Assembly (NCBI RefSeq): GCF_032444005.1
Contig: NC_091289.1
Location: 164,486,001 to 164,550,000, forward strand
Origin: Ranitomeya imitator
Taxonomy: Eukaryota
Length of the DNA stretch: 64,000 nucleotides
Reading direction: 5' to 3'
The notes beneath the pieces were generated by a model. It was not told the origin of the DNA. It saw nothing but the letters and a program-made list of their open reading frames with translations, and searched no databases. Below, piece by piece: positions 38,201 to 53,200 of the stretch. Numbering within the stretch: the stretch's first letter is position 1; every line of letters begins with the position of its first letter. Made by a program: the position numbers and the translations under genes.

Positions 38201-41200
38201 ACCCTCGATCTCCAACGGGAGACCTTACGCTGGGCATGCTCAGTACATGCAGACAAGGACTTAGTCCCAGAGAAGTCCGCTCGCTGCTGACCAGCACTGA
38301 CTTTAATGGCAGAGACTGGAGAAGCAGCACTAACTCTCAGAACAGAGTGAGAATGAGCAAGACGCTGGGACCGACGTCCTTGCTGAGCAGGCTCCACTGC
38401 GGCTGGACAAGAATGGGAGACCGCAGCGGAAGTGGCTCGAGATTCCCCCTGTGCAGAAGCGGGAACTCGACCCCTAACAGTACCCCCCATCCTAGGGGCC
38501 CCCCCTCCTTGGGCCTCGCTACGTTCGAAGACAGCAATGAGCTGCGGAGCCCGAATGTGCTCCACAGGCTCCCAGGTTCTATCCTCTGGACCATGACCCT
38601 TCCAATCCACCAAATAAAATTTTTTGCCACGTACCACCTTGCTTCCCACAATAGCATTCACCTCAAACTCATCCGTGGATGAACCCGATGTCCCAGCAGA
38701 TAACTCAGAAAACCGAGACAAACGAACGGGCTTTAAGAGGGAAACGTGAAAGGTATCGGTGATACCAAGGCGTGGAGGAATGGCCAAACGGTAAACCACA
38801 GGGTTGACCTGTTCCAGAACTTTAAACGGGCCAATGTAGCGAGGAGCAAACTTAGTGAGAAGCAGCACTAACTCTCAGAACAGAGTGAGAATGAGCAAGA
38901 CGCTGGGACCGACGTCCTTGCTGAGCAGGCTCCACTGCGGCTGGACAAGAATGGGAGACCGCAGCGGAAGTGGCTCGAGATTCCCCCTGTGCAGAAGCGG
39001 GAACTCGACCCCTAACAAGTATGAAGTGAAAAAATACACTTATTCCTAAATTAAAGAAAAAAGGCAGTGGCTACAGAGATTGTAGAAGAATTTATAGGAC
39101 ACCAGCCACTCAAATTCATTGCTGCTCCCAGTATACTCACACAATGACATATTTTAATATATTCTTTAATTTTACAGTATGCAATTATTTGCTTTCTCAT
39201 GAAATGCGGGATATAACACTGCAGCACACGTTTAACATTTTAGTAACATGTAATATAATGAACAACCTGAGATCACTCTGATTAGATTAAAATACGTTTT
39301 GATCCATTTCATCATCTAGCAAGGTATTGAATAGACTGAATGATTAAATCATCTAGTTAATTAAAGCATCCATTTGTTTTAGTGAGGACCTATAATACCA
39401 TACATACACCAATAGAAACATGCTAGTCAGCCACCATTTCATCTATAGGTTGAAAATAAATTCGTAAGATTTTTTTTTCTTGTTTCCTAATAGTTAATGG
39501 TCAGTGCTCAACATCTGCCAAACAGTTAGCTGAACCACTTGCAGAGTAAGTTTAACAAGCAGCTAAGGGTCTCAGCCTTTTGAGATTTTTTCTTGTACCT
39601 CTTCTTTTGTCTGCATTCTTCTTACATGTTTATGCACCGTTTTTCTAGAGTACTGTGCCCATCTGGCTGCCATAAACATCCAAACAATGTGTGGGGTACA
39701 GGTTTCTACAACTATGTAAGTTGCCTCTAAAACTGAAAAATATAATCCTCTGTGAACGTGTGTTTGCCATATGTTAAAGTTCTATGGTATTAAAAGCAAT
39801 AGTAACAAAATACTCATTTATTTATCTTTCTTTTCGCTTTAGGAATCTTCAATATGTCAAGCAGCAATACATTGGGGAATATTGAGTCCAGAAGATAGTA
39901 AAGTCATAATAGTGGAAAGAATCCCAGGTCAAAAGAGTTATGAACAATCAACCAGGAATGGAATTACATCAAAATCATTTGGCGCTTCTCCTTGGTCCTT
40001 TAAAGTTAGATTGTCAATTGAAGAACCAGAGGAGCCAGATCGGGAACCATTTAGATTACCAGCAGGTGATTCATGTCTACTATTTTTCCATAGCATGCAA
40101 GAGTTTTATATCAACAACAATGTGCTTATGTTACAAATTGCTTAGAAACCACAAAAGGTTTAAAACTAAATCGGTCCATATGAAAAAACAAATACACAAG
40201 TTCATTTAAGATAAAAATTTTGCAGCAGTAACTATACTATATAGTTGCTAGATAAAATAGTTCTCATTCTCCACTGCAGGTTGGCAAAAGCAGTATGGGT
40301 TTATATAATTATTATGTCTTGCAACCGAGTTTCTTTTCAATTTTTAGACAACTTCTCCAAAGTGATGATTTACGGAACACTAAGAGTTGATATCACTTTT
40401 TATAGATACTGTTAGAATTTATGCACATTTCTTACCAAATTCTGTAGTTTAGTTTTCCTTTCCAAACTGAGATTCAGCTGTGTGTCAGCATGCTATTTTA
40501 TATACCAACTTATTCAAAAGTTATTTTCATTCTATTACCCGATATGTAATTTCCATTTTAGGAAAATCATCTTGTTCATTAACTGCACTACAAGTTAAAG
40601 ATCGTTCAGCAGAGTAAGCATTGTTTTCTGTTTTCATTCCATTTTCCTACATTAGCTCTATCGTTTCATTAAATCAATTGTCAAAGTCTTCTCACAAAAT
40701 AATGACTTATCCAAAAGAAAATTTTAATTTTCTGGGTTTCATTTGCTTAGAATGGACTGTCCATCTGATTGTATGAAAGCCAAATCTCCAGTTTATGGAT
40801 CTGGAACCTACGCATCAGTAAGTTGAAATGTTAAATAAGAGCGTAAGTACATTGAAAATGTAGCTGTGACTGTGGCGAAAAAAAAAAACTAGAGAAATAA
40901 AGTAAGAAAAATGTAAGAAAAGTTGTATTATTAGATATCTACCTTTTTCCGTAGGTTTCCTCCATGTGCAGAGCAGCTCTTCATGATGGAGTGATAGACA
41001 ACAAAGGAGGAAAAATATTTATTGAAAAGGTTAAAGGGCTACCTAGTTATGAAGAAAGCACAAGGAATGGAGTGAAGTCCAATAAATACGGCTCTTCTAA
41101 AGAATCATTTAGAGTCTATAAGCCAAAGAGTAAACCTTCTGGATGGGAAACTGTGAAGAAACCAGAGCTTACTGATCACACATCAACATTTGAAGCTTTG

Positions 41201-44200
41201 GAACCCTCCAAACAAACAGACCCTTTCCATCCTAAAGGAACAGAAGTAAATACTGAATCAGGTGGAAAGAAAACTAAGAAACCGATAGGTAACATTTTTT
41301 CATAAAGTATATTAAAATGCACACTGATAGTCAAAACAAAATACTTCTGTGATAGTATGAAGTGAAAAAATACACTTATTCCTAAATTAAAGAAAAAAGG
41401 CAGTGGCTACAGAGATTGTAGAAGAATTTATAGGACACCAGCCACTCAAATTCATTGCTGCTCCCAGTATACTCACACAATGACATATTTTAATATATTC
41501 TTTAATTTTACAGTATGCAATTATTTGCTTTCTCATGAAATGCGGGATATAACACTGCAGCACACGTTTAACATTTTAGTAACATGTAATATAATGAACA
41601 ACCTGAGATCACTCTGATTAGATTAAAATACGTTTTGATCCATTTCATCATCTAGCAAGGTATTGAATAGACTGAATGATTAAATCATCTAGTTAATTAA
41701 AGCATCCATTTGTTTTAGTGAGGACCTATAATACCATACATACACCAATAGAAACATGCTAGTCAGCCACCATTTCATCTATAGGTTGAAAATAAATTCG
41801 TAAGATTTTTTTTCTTTTTTCCTAATAGTTAATGGTCAGTGCTCAACATCTGCCAAACAGTTGGCTGAACCACTTGCAGAGTAAGTTTAACAAGCAGCTA
41901 AGGGTCTCAGCCTTTTGAGATTTTTTCTTGTACCTCTTCTTTTGTCTGCATTCTTCTTACATGTATATGCACCCTTTTTCTAGAGTACTGTGCCCATCTG
42001 GCTGCCATAAACATCCAAACAATGTGTGGGGTACAGGTTTCTACAACTATGTAAGTTGCCTCTAAAACTGAAAAATATAATCCTCTGTGAACGTGTGTTT
42101 GCCATATGTTAAATTTCTATGGTATTAAAAGCAATAGTAACAAAATACTCATTTATTTATCTTTCTTTTCGCTTTAGGAATCTTCAATATGTCAAGCAGC
42201 AATACATTGGGGAATATTGAGTCCAGAAGATAGTAAAGTCATAATAGTGGAAAGAATCCCAGGTCAAAAGAGTTATGAACAATCAACCAGGAATGGAATT
42301 ACATCAAAATCATTTGGCGCTTTTCCTTGGTCCTTTAAAGTTAGATTGTCAATTGAAGAACCAGAGGAGCCAGATCAGGAACCATTTAGATTACCAGCAG
42401 GTGATCCATGTCTACTATTTTTCCATAGCATGCAAGAGTTTTATATCAAGAACAATGTGCTTATGTTATAAATTGCTTAGAAACCACAAAAGTTTTTAAA
42501 CTAAATTGGTCCATATGAAAAAACAAATACACAATTTCATTTAAGATAAAAATTTTGCAGCAGTAACCATACTATATAGTTACTAGACAAAATAGTTCTC
42601 ATTCTCCATTGCAGGTTGGCAAAGCAGTATGGGTTTATATAATTATTATGTCTTGCAACCGAGTTTCTTTTCAATTTTTAGACAACTTCTCCAAAGTGAT
42701 GATTTACGGAACACTAAGAGTTGAAATCACTGTTTATAGATACTGTTAGAATTTATGCACATTTCTTACCAAATTCTGTAGTTTAGTTTTCCTTTCCAAA
42801 CTCAGATTCAGCTGTGTGTCAGCATGCTATTTTATATACCAACTTATTCAAAAGTTATTTTCATTCTATTACCCGATATGTAATTTCTATTTTAGGAAAA
42901 TCATCTTGTTCATTAACTGCACTGGAAGTTAAAGATCGTTCTGCAGAGTAAGCATTGTTTTCTGTTTTCATTTCATTTTCCTATGTTAGCTCTATCGTTT
43001 CATTAAATCAATTGCGAAAGTCTTCTAAAAAAAAAATTACTTATCCAAAAGAAAATTTTAATATTCTGGGTTTCATTTGCTTAGAATGGACTGTCCATCT
43101 GACTGTATGAAAGACAAATCTCCAGTTTATGGATTTGGAACCTACGCATCAGTAAGTTGAAATGTTAAATAAGAGCGTAAGTGCATTGAAAATGTAGCTG
43201 TGACTGTGGAAAAAAACTGGAGAAATAAAGAAATAAAAATTTAAGAAAAGTTGTATTATTAGATATCTACCTTTTTCCGTAGGTTTCCTCCATGTGCAGA
43301 GCAGCTCTTCATAATGGAGTAATAGACAACAAAGGAGGAAAAATATTTATTGAAAAGGTTAAAGGGCTACCTAGTTATGAAGAAAGCACAAGGAATGGAG
43401 TGAAGTCCAATAAATACGGCTCTTCTAAAGAATCATTTAGAGTCTATAAGCCAAAGAGTAAACATTCTGGATGGGAAACTGTGAAGAAACCAGAGCTTAC
43501 TGATCACACATCAACATTTGAAGCTTTGGAACCCTCCAAACAATCAGACCCTTTCCATCCTAAAGGAACAGAAGTAAATACTGAATCAGGTGGAAAGAAA
43601 ACTAAGAAACCGATAGGTAACATTTTTTCATAAAGTATATTAAAATGCATACTGGTAGTCAAAACAAAATACTTCTGTGACAGTAGAAAGTGAAAAAATA
43701 CACTTATTCCTAAATTACAGCAAAAAGGCAGTGGCTACAGAGATTGTAGAAGAATTTATAGGACACCAGCCACTCAAATTCATTGCTGCTCCCAGTATAC
43801 TCACACAATGACATATTTTAATATATTCTTTAATTTTACAGTATGCAATTATTTGCTTTCTCATTAAATGTGGGATATAACACTGCAGCACACGTTTAAC
43901 ATTTTAGTAACATGTAATATAATGAACAACCTGAGATCACTCTGATTAGATTAAAATACGTTTTGATCCATTTCATCATCTAGCAAGGTATTGAATAGAT
44001 TGAATGATTAAATCATCTAGTTAATTAAAGCATCCATTTGTTTTAGTGAGGACCTATAATACCATACATACACCAATAGAAACATGCTAGTCAGCCACCA
44101 TTTCATCTATAGGTTGAAAATAAATTCCTAAGATTTTTTTTCTTTTTTCCTAATAGTTAATGGTCAGTGCTCAACATCTGCCAAACAGTTGGCTGAACCA

Positions 44201-47200
44201 CTTGCAGAGTAAGTTTAACAAGCAGCTAAGGGTCTCAGCCTTTTGAGATTTTTTCTTGTACCTCTTCTTTTGTCTGCATTCTTCTTTCATGTTTATGCAC
44301 TGTTTTTCTAGAGTACTGTGCCCATCTGGCTGCCATAAACATCCAAACAATGTGTGGGGTACAGGTTTCTACAACTATGTAAGTTGCCTCTAAAACTGAA
44401 AAATATAATCCTCTGTGAACGTGTGTTTGCCATATGTTAAAGTTCTATGGTATTAAAAGCAATAGTAACAAAATACTCATTTATTTATCTTTCTTTTCGC
44501 TTTAGGAATCTTCAATATGTCAAGCAGCAATACATTGGGGAATATTGAGTCCAGAAGATAGTAAAGTCATAATAGTGGAAAGAATCCCAGGTCAAAAGAG
44601 TTATGAACAATCAACCAGGAATGGAATTACATCAAAATCATTTGGCGCTTCTCCTTGGTCCTTTAAAGTTAGATTGTCAATTGAAGAACCAGAGGAGCCA
44701 GATCGGGAACCATTTAGATTACCAGCAGGTGATTCATATCTACTATTTTTCCATAGCATGCAAGAGTTTTATATCAAGAACAACGTGCTTATGTTACAAA
44801 TTGCTTAGAAACCACAAAAGGTTTAAAACTAAATCGGTCTATATGAAAAAACAAATACACAAGTTCATTTAAGATAAAAATTTTGCAGCAGTAACTATAC
44901 TATATAGTTGCTAGACAAAATAGTTCTCATTCTCCACTGCAGGTTGGCAAAAGCAGTATGGGTTTATATAATTATTATGTCTTGCAACCGAGTTTCTTTT
45001 CAATTTTTAGACTTTTCCAAAGTGATGATTTACGGAACACTAAGAGTTGAAATCACTATTTATAGATTCTGTTGGAATTAATGCACATTTCTTACCAAAT
45101 TCTGTAGTTTAGTTTTCCTTTCCAAACTCAGATTCAGCTGTGTGTCAGCATGCTATTTTATATACCAACTTATTAAAAAGTTATTTTCATTCTATTACCC
45201 GATATGTAATTTCCATTTTAGGAAAATCATCTTGTTTATTAAGTGCTCTGGAAGTTAAAGATCGTTCTGCAGAGTAAGCATTGTTTTCTGTTTTCATTCC
45301 ATTTTCCTACATTAGCTCTATCATTTCATTAAATCAATTGTCAAAGTCTTCTCAAAAAATAATTACTTATCCAAAAGAAAATTTTAATTTTCTGGGTTTC
45401 ATTTGCTTAGAATGGACTGTCCATCTGATTGTATGAAAGACAAATCTCCAGTTTATGGATCTGGAACCTACGCATCAGTAAGTTGAAATGTTAAATATGA
45501 GCGTAAGTACAATGAAAATGTAGCTGTGACTGTGGAAAAAGAACTAGAGGAATAAAGAAATAAAAATGTAAGAAAAGTTGTATTATTAGATATCTACCTT
45601 TTTCCGTAGGTTTCCTCCATGTGCAGAGCAGCTCTTCATGATGGAGTAATAGACAACAAAGGAGGAAAAATATTTATTGAAAAGGTTAAAGGGCTACCTA
45701 GTTATGAAGAAAGCACAAGGAATGGAGTGAAGTCCAATAAATACGGCTCTTCTAAAGAATCATTTAGAGTCTATAAGCCAAAGAGTAAACCTTCTGGATG
45801 GGAAACTGTGAAGAAACCAGAGCTTACTGATCACACATCAACATTTGAAGCTTTGGAACCCTCCAAACAAACAGACCCTTTCCATCCTAAAGGAACAGAA
45901 GTAAATACTGAATCAGGTGGAAAGAAAACTAAGAAACCGATAGGTAACATTTTTTCATAAAGTATATTAAAATGCATACTGATAGTCAAAACAAAATACT
46001 TCTGTGATAGTAGGAAGTGAAAAAATACACTTATTCCTAAATTACAGCAAAAAGGCAGTGGCTACAGAGATTGTAGAAGAATTTATAGGACACCAGCCAC
46101 TCAAATTCATTGCTGCTCCCAGTATACTCACACAATGACATATTTTAATATATTCTTTAATTTTACAGTATGCAATTATTTGCTTTCTCATGTAATGCGG
46201 GATATAACACTGCAGCACACGTTTAACATTTTAGTAACATATAATATAATGAACAACCTGAGATCACTCTGATTAGATTAAAATACGTTTTGATCCATTT
46301 CATCATCTAGCAAGGTATTGAATAGATTGAATGATTAAATCATCTAGTTAATTAAAGCATCCATTTGTTTTAGTGAGGACCTATAATACCATACATACAC
46401 CAATAGAAACATGCTAGTCAGCCACCATTTCATCTATAGGTTGAAAATAAATTCGTAAGATTTTTTTTTCTTTTTTCCTAATAGTTAATGGTCAGTGCTC
46501 AACATCTGCCAAACAGTTGGCTGAACCACTTGCAGAGTAAGTTTAACAAGCAGCTAAGGGTCTCAGCCTTTTGAGATTTTTTCTTGTACCTCTTCTTTTG
46601 TCTGCATTCTTCTTACATGTTTATGCACTGTTTTTCTAGAGTACTGTGCCCATCTGGCTGCCATAAACATCCAAACAATGTGTGGGGTACAGGTTTCTAC
46701 AACTATGTAAGTTGCCTCTAAAACTGAAAAATATAATCCTCTGTGAACGTGTGTTTGCCATATGTTAAAGTTCTATGGTATTAAAAGCAATAGTAACAAA
46801 ATACTCATTTATTTATCTTTCTTTTCGCTTTAGGAATCTTCAATATGTCAAGCAGCAATACATTGGGGAATATTGAGTCCAGAAGATAGTAAAGTCATAA
46901 TAGTGGAAATAATCCCAGGTCAAAAGAGTTATGAACAATCAACCAGGAATGGAATTACATCAAAATCATTTGGCGCTTCTCCTTGGTCCTTTAAAGTTAG
47001 ATTGTCAATTGAAGAACCAGAGGAGCCAGATCGGGAACCATTTAGATTACCAGCAGGTGATCCATGTCTACTATTTTTCCATAGCATGCAAGAGTTTTAT
47101 ATCAAGAACAATGTGCTTATGTTATAAATTGCTTAGAAACCACAAAAGTTTTTAAACTAAATTGGTCCATATGAAAAAACAAATACACAATTTCATTTAA

Positions 47201-50200
47201 GATAAAAATTTTGCAGCAGTAACCATACTATATAGTTACTAGACAAAATAGTTCTCATTCTCCATTGCAGGTTGGCAAAGCAGTATGGGTTTATATAATT
47301 ATTATGTCTTGCAACCGAGTTTCTTTTCAATTTTTAGACAACTTCTCCAAAGTGATGATTTACGGAACACTAAGAGTTGAAATCACTGTTTATAGATACT
47401 GTTAGAATTTATGCACATTTCTTACCAAATTCTGTAGTTTAGTTTTCCTTTCCAAACTCAGATTCAGCTGTGTGTCAGCATGCTATTTTATATACCAACT
47501 TATTCAAAAGTTATTTTCATTCTATTACCCGATATGTAATTTCTATTTTAGGAAAATCATCTTGTTCATTAACTGCACTGGAAGTTAAAGATCGTTCTGC
47601 AGAGTAAGCATTGTTTTCTGTTTTCATTTCATTTTCCTATATTAGCTCTATCGTTTCATTAAATCAATTGCGAAAGTCTTCTAAAAAAAAAATTACTTAT
47701 CCAAAAGAAAATTTTAATATTCTGGGTTTCATTTGCTTAGAATGGACTGTCCATCTGACTGTATGAAAGACAAATCTCCAGTTTATGGATTTGGAACCTA
47801 CGCATCAGTAAGTTGAAATGTTAAATAAGAGCGTAAGTGCATTGAAAATGTAGCTGTGACTGTGGAAAAAAACTGGAGAAATAAAGAAATAAAAATTTAA
47901 GAAAAGTTGTATTATTAGATATCTACCTTTTTCCGTAGGTTTCCTCCATGTGCAGAGCAGCTCTTCATAATGGAGTAATAGACAACAAAGGAGGAAAAAT
48001 ATTTATTGAAAAGGTTAAAGGGCTACCTAGTTATGAAGAAAGCACAAGGAATGGAGTGAAGTCCAATAAATACGGCTCTTCTAAAGAATCATTTAGAGTC
48101 TATAAGCCAAAGAGTAAACATTCTGGATGGGAAACTGTGAAGAAACCAGAGCTTACTGATCACACATCAACATTTGAAGCTTTGGAACCCTCCAAACAAT
48201 CAGACCCTTTCCATCCTAAAGGAACAGAAGTAAATACTGAATCAGGTGGAAAGAAAACTAAGAAACCGATAGGTAACATTTTTTCATAAAGTATATTAAA
48301 ATGCATACTGGTAGTCAAAACAAAATACTTCTGTGACAGTAGAAAGTGAAAAAATACACTTATTCCTAAATTACAGCAAAAAGGCAGTGGCTACAGAGAT
48401 TGTAGAAGAATTTATAGGACACCAGCCACTCAAATTCATTGCTGCTCCCAGTATACTCACACAATGACATATTTTAATATATTCTTTAATTTTACAGTAT
48501 GCAATTATTTGCTTTCTCATGAAATGTGGGATATAACACTGCAGCACACGTTTAACATTTTAGTAACATGTAATATAATGAACAACCTGAGATCACTCTG
48601 ATTAGATTAAAATACGTTTTGATCCATTTCATCATCTAGCAAGGTATTGAATAGATTGAATGATTAAATCATCTAGTTAATTAAAGCATCCATTTGTTTT
48701 AGTGAGGACCTATAATACCATACATACACCAATAGAAACATGCTAGTCAGCCACCATTTCATCTATAGGTTGAAAATAAATTCCTAAGATTTTTTTTCTT
48801 TTTTCCTAATAGTTAATGGTCAGTGCTCAACATCTGCCAAACAGTTGGCTGAACCACTTGCAGAGTAAGTTTAACAAGCAGCTAAGGGTCTCAGCCTTTT
48901 GAGATTTTTTCTTGTACCTCTTCTTTTGTCTGCATTCTTCTTTCATGTTTATGCACTGTTTTTCTAGAGTACTGTGCCCATCTGGCTGCCATAAACATCC
49001 AAACAATGTGTGGGGTACAGGTTTCTACAACTATGTAAGTTGCCTCTAAAACTGAAAAATATAATCCTCTGTGAACGTGTGTTTGCCATATGTTAAAGTT
49101 CTATGGTATTAAAAGCAATAGTAACAAAATACTCATTTATTTATCTTTCTTTTCGCTTTAGGAATCTTCAATATGTCAAGCAGCAATACATTGGGGAATA
49201 TTGAGTCCAGAAGATAGTAAAGTCATAATAGTGGAAAGAATCCCAGGTCAAAAGAGTTATGAACAATCAACCAGGAATGGAATTACATCAAAATCATTTG
49301 GCGCTTCTCCTTGGTCCTTTAAAGTTAGATTGTCAATTGAAGAACCAGAGGAGCCAGATCGGGAACCATTTAGATTACCAGCAGGTGATTCATATCTACT
49401 ATTTTTCCATAGCATGCAAGAGTTTTATATCAAGAACAACGTGCTTATGTTACAAATTGCTTAGAAACCACAAAAGGTTTAAAACTAAATCGGTCTATAT
49501 GAAAAAACAAATACACAAGTTCATTTAAGATAAAAATTTTGCAGCAGTAACTATACTATATAGTTGCTAGACAAAATAGTTCTCATTCTCCACTGCAGGT
49601 TGGCAAAAGCAGTATGGGTTTATATAATTATTATGTCTTGCAACCGAGTTTCTTTTCAATTTTTAGACTTTTCCAAAGTGATGATTTACGGAACACTAAG
49701 AGTTGAAATCACTATTTATAGATTCTGTTGGAATTAATGCACATTTCTTACCAAATTCTGTAGTTTAGTTTTCCTTTCCAAACTCAGATTCAGCTGTGTG
49801 TCAGCATGCTATTTTATATACCAACTTATTAAAAAGTTATTTTCATTCTATTACCCGATATGTAATTTCCATTTTAGGAAAATCATCTTGTTCATTAAGT
49901 GCTCTGGAAGTTAAAGATCGTTCTGCAGAGTAAGCATTGTTTTCTGTTTTCATTCCATTTTCCTATATTAGCTCTATCATTTCATTAAATCAATTGTCAA
50001 AGTCTTCTCAAAAAATAATTACTTATCCAAAAGAAAATTTTAATTTTCTGGGTTTCATTTGCTTAGAATGGACTGTCCATCTGATTGTATGAAAGACAAA
50101 TCTCCAGTTTATGGATCTGGAACCTACGCATCAGTAAGTTGAAATGTTAAATATGAGCGTAAGTACAATGAAAATGTAGCTGTGACTGTGGAAAAAGAAC

Positions 50201-53200
50201 TAGAGGAATAAAGAAATAAAAATGTAAGAAAAGTTGCATTATTAGATATCTACCTTTTTCCGTAGGTTTCCTCCATGTGCAGAGCAGCTCTTCATGATGG
50301 AGTAATAGACAACAAAGGAGGAAAAATATTTATTGAAAAGGTTAAAGGGCTACCTAGTTATGAAGAAAGCACAAGGAATGGAGTGAAGTCCAATAAATAC
50401 GGCTCTTCTAAAGAATCATTTAGAGTCTATAAGCCAAAGAGTAAACCTTCTGGATGGGAAACTGTGAAGAAACCAGAGCTTACTGATCACACATCAACAT
50501 TTGAAGCTTTGGAACCCTCCAAACAAACAGACCCTTTCCATCCTAAAGGAACAGAAGTAAATACTGAATCAGGTGGAAAGAAAACTAAGAAACCGATAGG
50601 TAACATTTTTTCATAAAGTATATTAAAATGCATACTGATAGTCAAAACAAAATACTTCTGTGATAGTAGGAAGTGAAAAAATACACTTATTCCTAAATTA
50701 CAGCAAAAAGGCAGTGGCTACAGAGATTGTAGAAGAATTTATAGGACACCAGCCACTCAAATTCATTGCTGCTCCCAGTATACTCACACAATGACATATT
50801 TTAATATATTCTTTAATTTTACAGTATGCAATTATTTGCTTTCTCATGAAATGCGGGATATAACACTGCAGCACACGTTTAACATTTTAGTAACATATAA
50901 TATAATGAACAACCTGAGATCACTCTGATTAGATTAAAATACGTTTTGATCCATTTCATCATCTAGCAAGGTATTGAATAGATTGAATGATTAAATCATC
51001 TAGTTAATTAAAGCATCCATTTGTTTTAGTGAGGACCTATAATACCATACATACACCAATAGAAACATGCTAGTCAGCCACCATTTCATCTATAGGTTGA
51101 AAATAAATTCGTAAGATTTTTTTTTTCTTTTTTCCTAATAGTTAATGGTCAGTGCTCAACATCTGCCAAACAGTTGGCTGAACCACTTGCAGAGTAAGTT
51201 TAACAAGCAGCTAAGGGTCTCAGCCTTTTGAGATTTTTTCTTGTACCTCTTCTTTTGTCTGCATTCTTCTTACATGTTTATGCACTGTTTTTCTAGAGTA
51301 CTGTGCCCATCTGGCTGCCATAAACATCCAAACAATGTGTGGGGTACAGGTTTCTACAACTATGTAAGTTGCCTCTAAAACTGAAAAATATAATCCTCTG
51401 TGAACGTGTGTTTGCCATATGTTAAAGTTCTATGGTATTAAAAGCAATAGTAACAAAATACTCATTTATTTATCTTTCTTTTCGCTTTAGGAATCTTCAA
51501 TATGTCAAGCAGCAATACATTGGGGAATATTGAGTCCAGAAGATAGTAAAGTCATAATAGTGGAAATAATCCCAGGTCAAAAGAGTTATGAACAATCAAC
51601 CAGGAATGGAATTACATCAAAATCATTTGGCGCTTCTCCTTGGTCCTTTAAAGTTAGATTGTCAATTGAAGAACCAGAGGAGCCAGATCGGGAACCATTT
51701 AGATTACCAGCAGGTGATTCATGTCTACTATTTTTCCATAGCATGCAAGAGTTTTATATCAAGAACAATGTGCTTATGTTACAAATTGCTTAGAAACCAC
51801 AAAAGGTTTAAAACTAAATCGGTCCATATGAAAAAACAAATACACAAGTTCATTTAAGATAAAAATTTTGCAGCAGTAACTATACTATATAGTTGCTAGA
51901 TAAAATAGTTCTCATTCTCCACTGCAGGTTGGCAAAAGCAATATGGGTTTATATAATTATTATGTCTTGCAACCGAGTTTCTTTTCAATTTTTAGACAAC
52001 TTCTCCAAAGTGATGATTTACGGAACACTAAGAGTTGATATCACTTTTTATAGATACTGTAAGAATTTATGCACATTTCTTACCAAATTCTGTAGTTTAG
52101 TTTTCCTTTCCAAACTCAGATTCAGCTGTGTGTCAGCATGCTATTTTATATACCAACTTATTAAAAAGTTATTTTCATTCTATTACCCGATATGTAATTT
52201 CCATTTTAGGAAAATCATCTTGTTCATTAACTGCACTACAAGTTAAAGATCGTTCGGCAGAGTAAGCATTGTTTTCTGTTTTCATTCCATTTTCCTACAT
52301 TAGCTCTATCGTTTCATTAAATCAATTGTCAAAGTCTTCTCACAAAATAATGACTTATCCAAAAGAAAATTTTAATTTTCTGGGTTTCATTTGCTTAGAA
52401 TGGACTGTCCATCTGATTGTATGAAAGCCAAATCTCCAGTTTATGGATCTGGAACCTACGCATCAGTAAGTTGAAATGTTAAATAAGAGCATAAGTACAT
52501 TGAAAATGTAGCTGTGACTGTGGCAAAAAATAAACTAGAGAAATAAAGTAATAAAAATGTAAGAAAAGTTGTATTATTAGATATCTACCTTTTTCCGTAG
52601 GTTTCCTCCATGTGCAAAGCAGCTCTTCATGATGGAGTAATAGACAACAAAGGAGGAAAAATATTTATTGAAAAGGTTAAAGGGCTACCTAGTTATGAAG
52701 AAAGCACAAGGAATGGAGTGAAGTCCAATAAATACGGCTCTTCTAAAGAATCATTTAGAGTCTATAAGCCAAAGAGTAAACCTTCTGGATGGGAAACTGT
52801 GAAGAAACCAGAGCTTACTGATCACACATCAACATTTGAAGCTTTGGAACCCTCCAAACAAACAGACCCTTTCCATCCTAAAGGAACAGAAGTAAATACT
52901 GAATCAGGTGGAAAGAAAACTAAGAAACCGATAGGTAACATTTTTTCATAAAGTATATTAAAATGCACACTGATAGTCAAAACAAAATACTTCTGTGATA
53001 GTATGAAGTGAAAAAATACACTTATTCCTAAATTAATGAAAAAAGGCAGTGGCTACAGAGATTGTAGAAGAATTTATAGGACACCAGCCACTCAAATTCA
53101 TTGCTGCTCCCAGTATACTCACACAATGACATATTTTAATATATTCTTTAATTTTACAGTATGCAATTATTTGCTTTCTCATGAAATGCGGGATATAACA

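Larger units (their letters stand above)
32350..39017 (-). mobile_element. Ty3/Gypsy chromovirus LTR retrotransposon 3 with an extra chromodomain/PPT segment and a third partial LTR
   Basis: 983-bp LTRs at 32350-33332 and 37497-38479; extra internal 3' fragment 38480-38856; LTR fragment 38857-39017; 5-bp TSD agtat (32345-32349, 39018-39022) flanks the whole composite. Confidence 0.96.
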
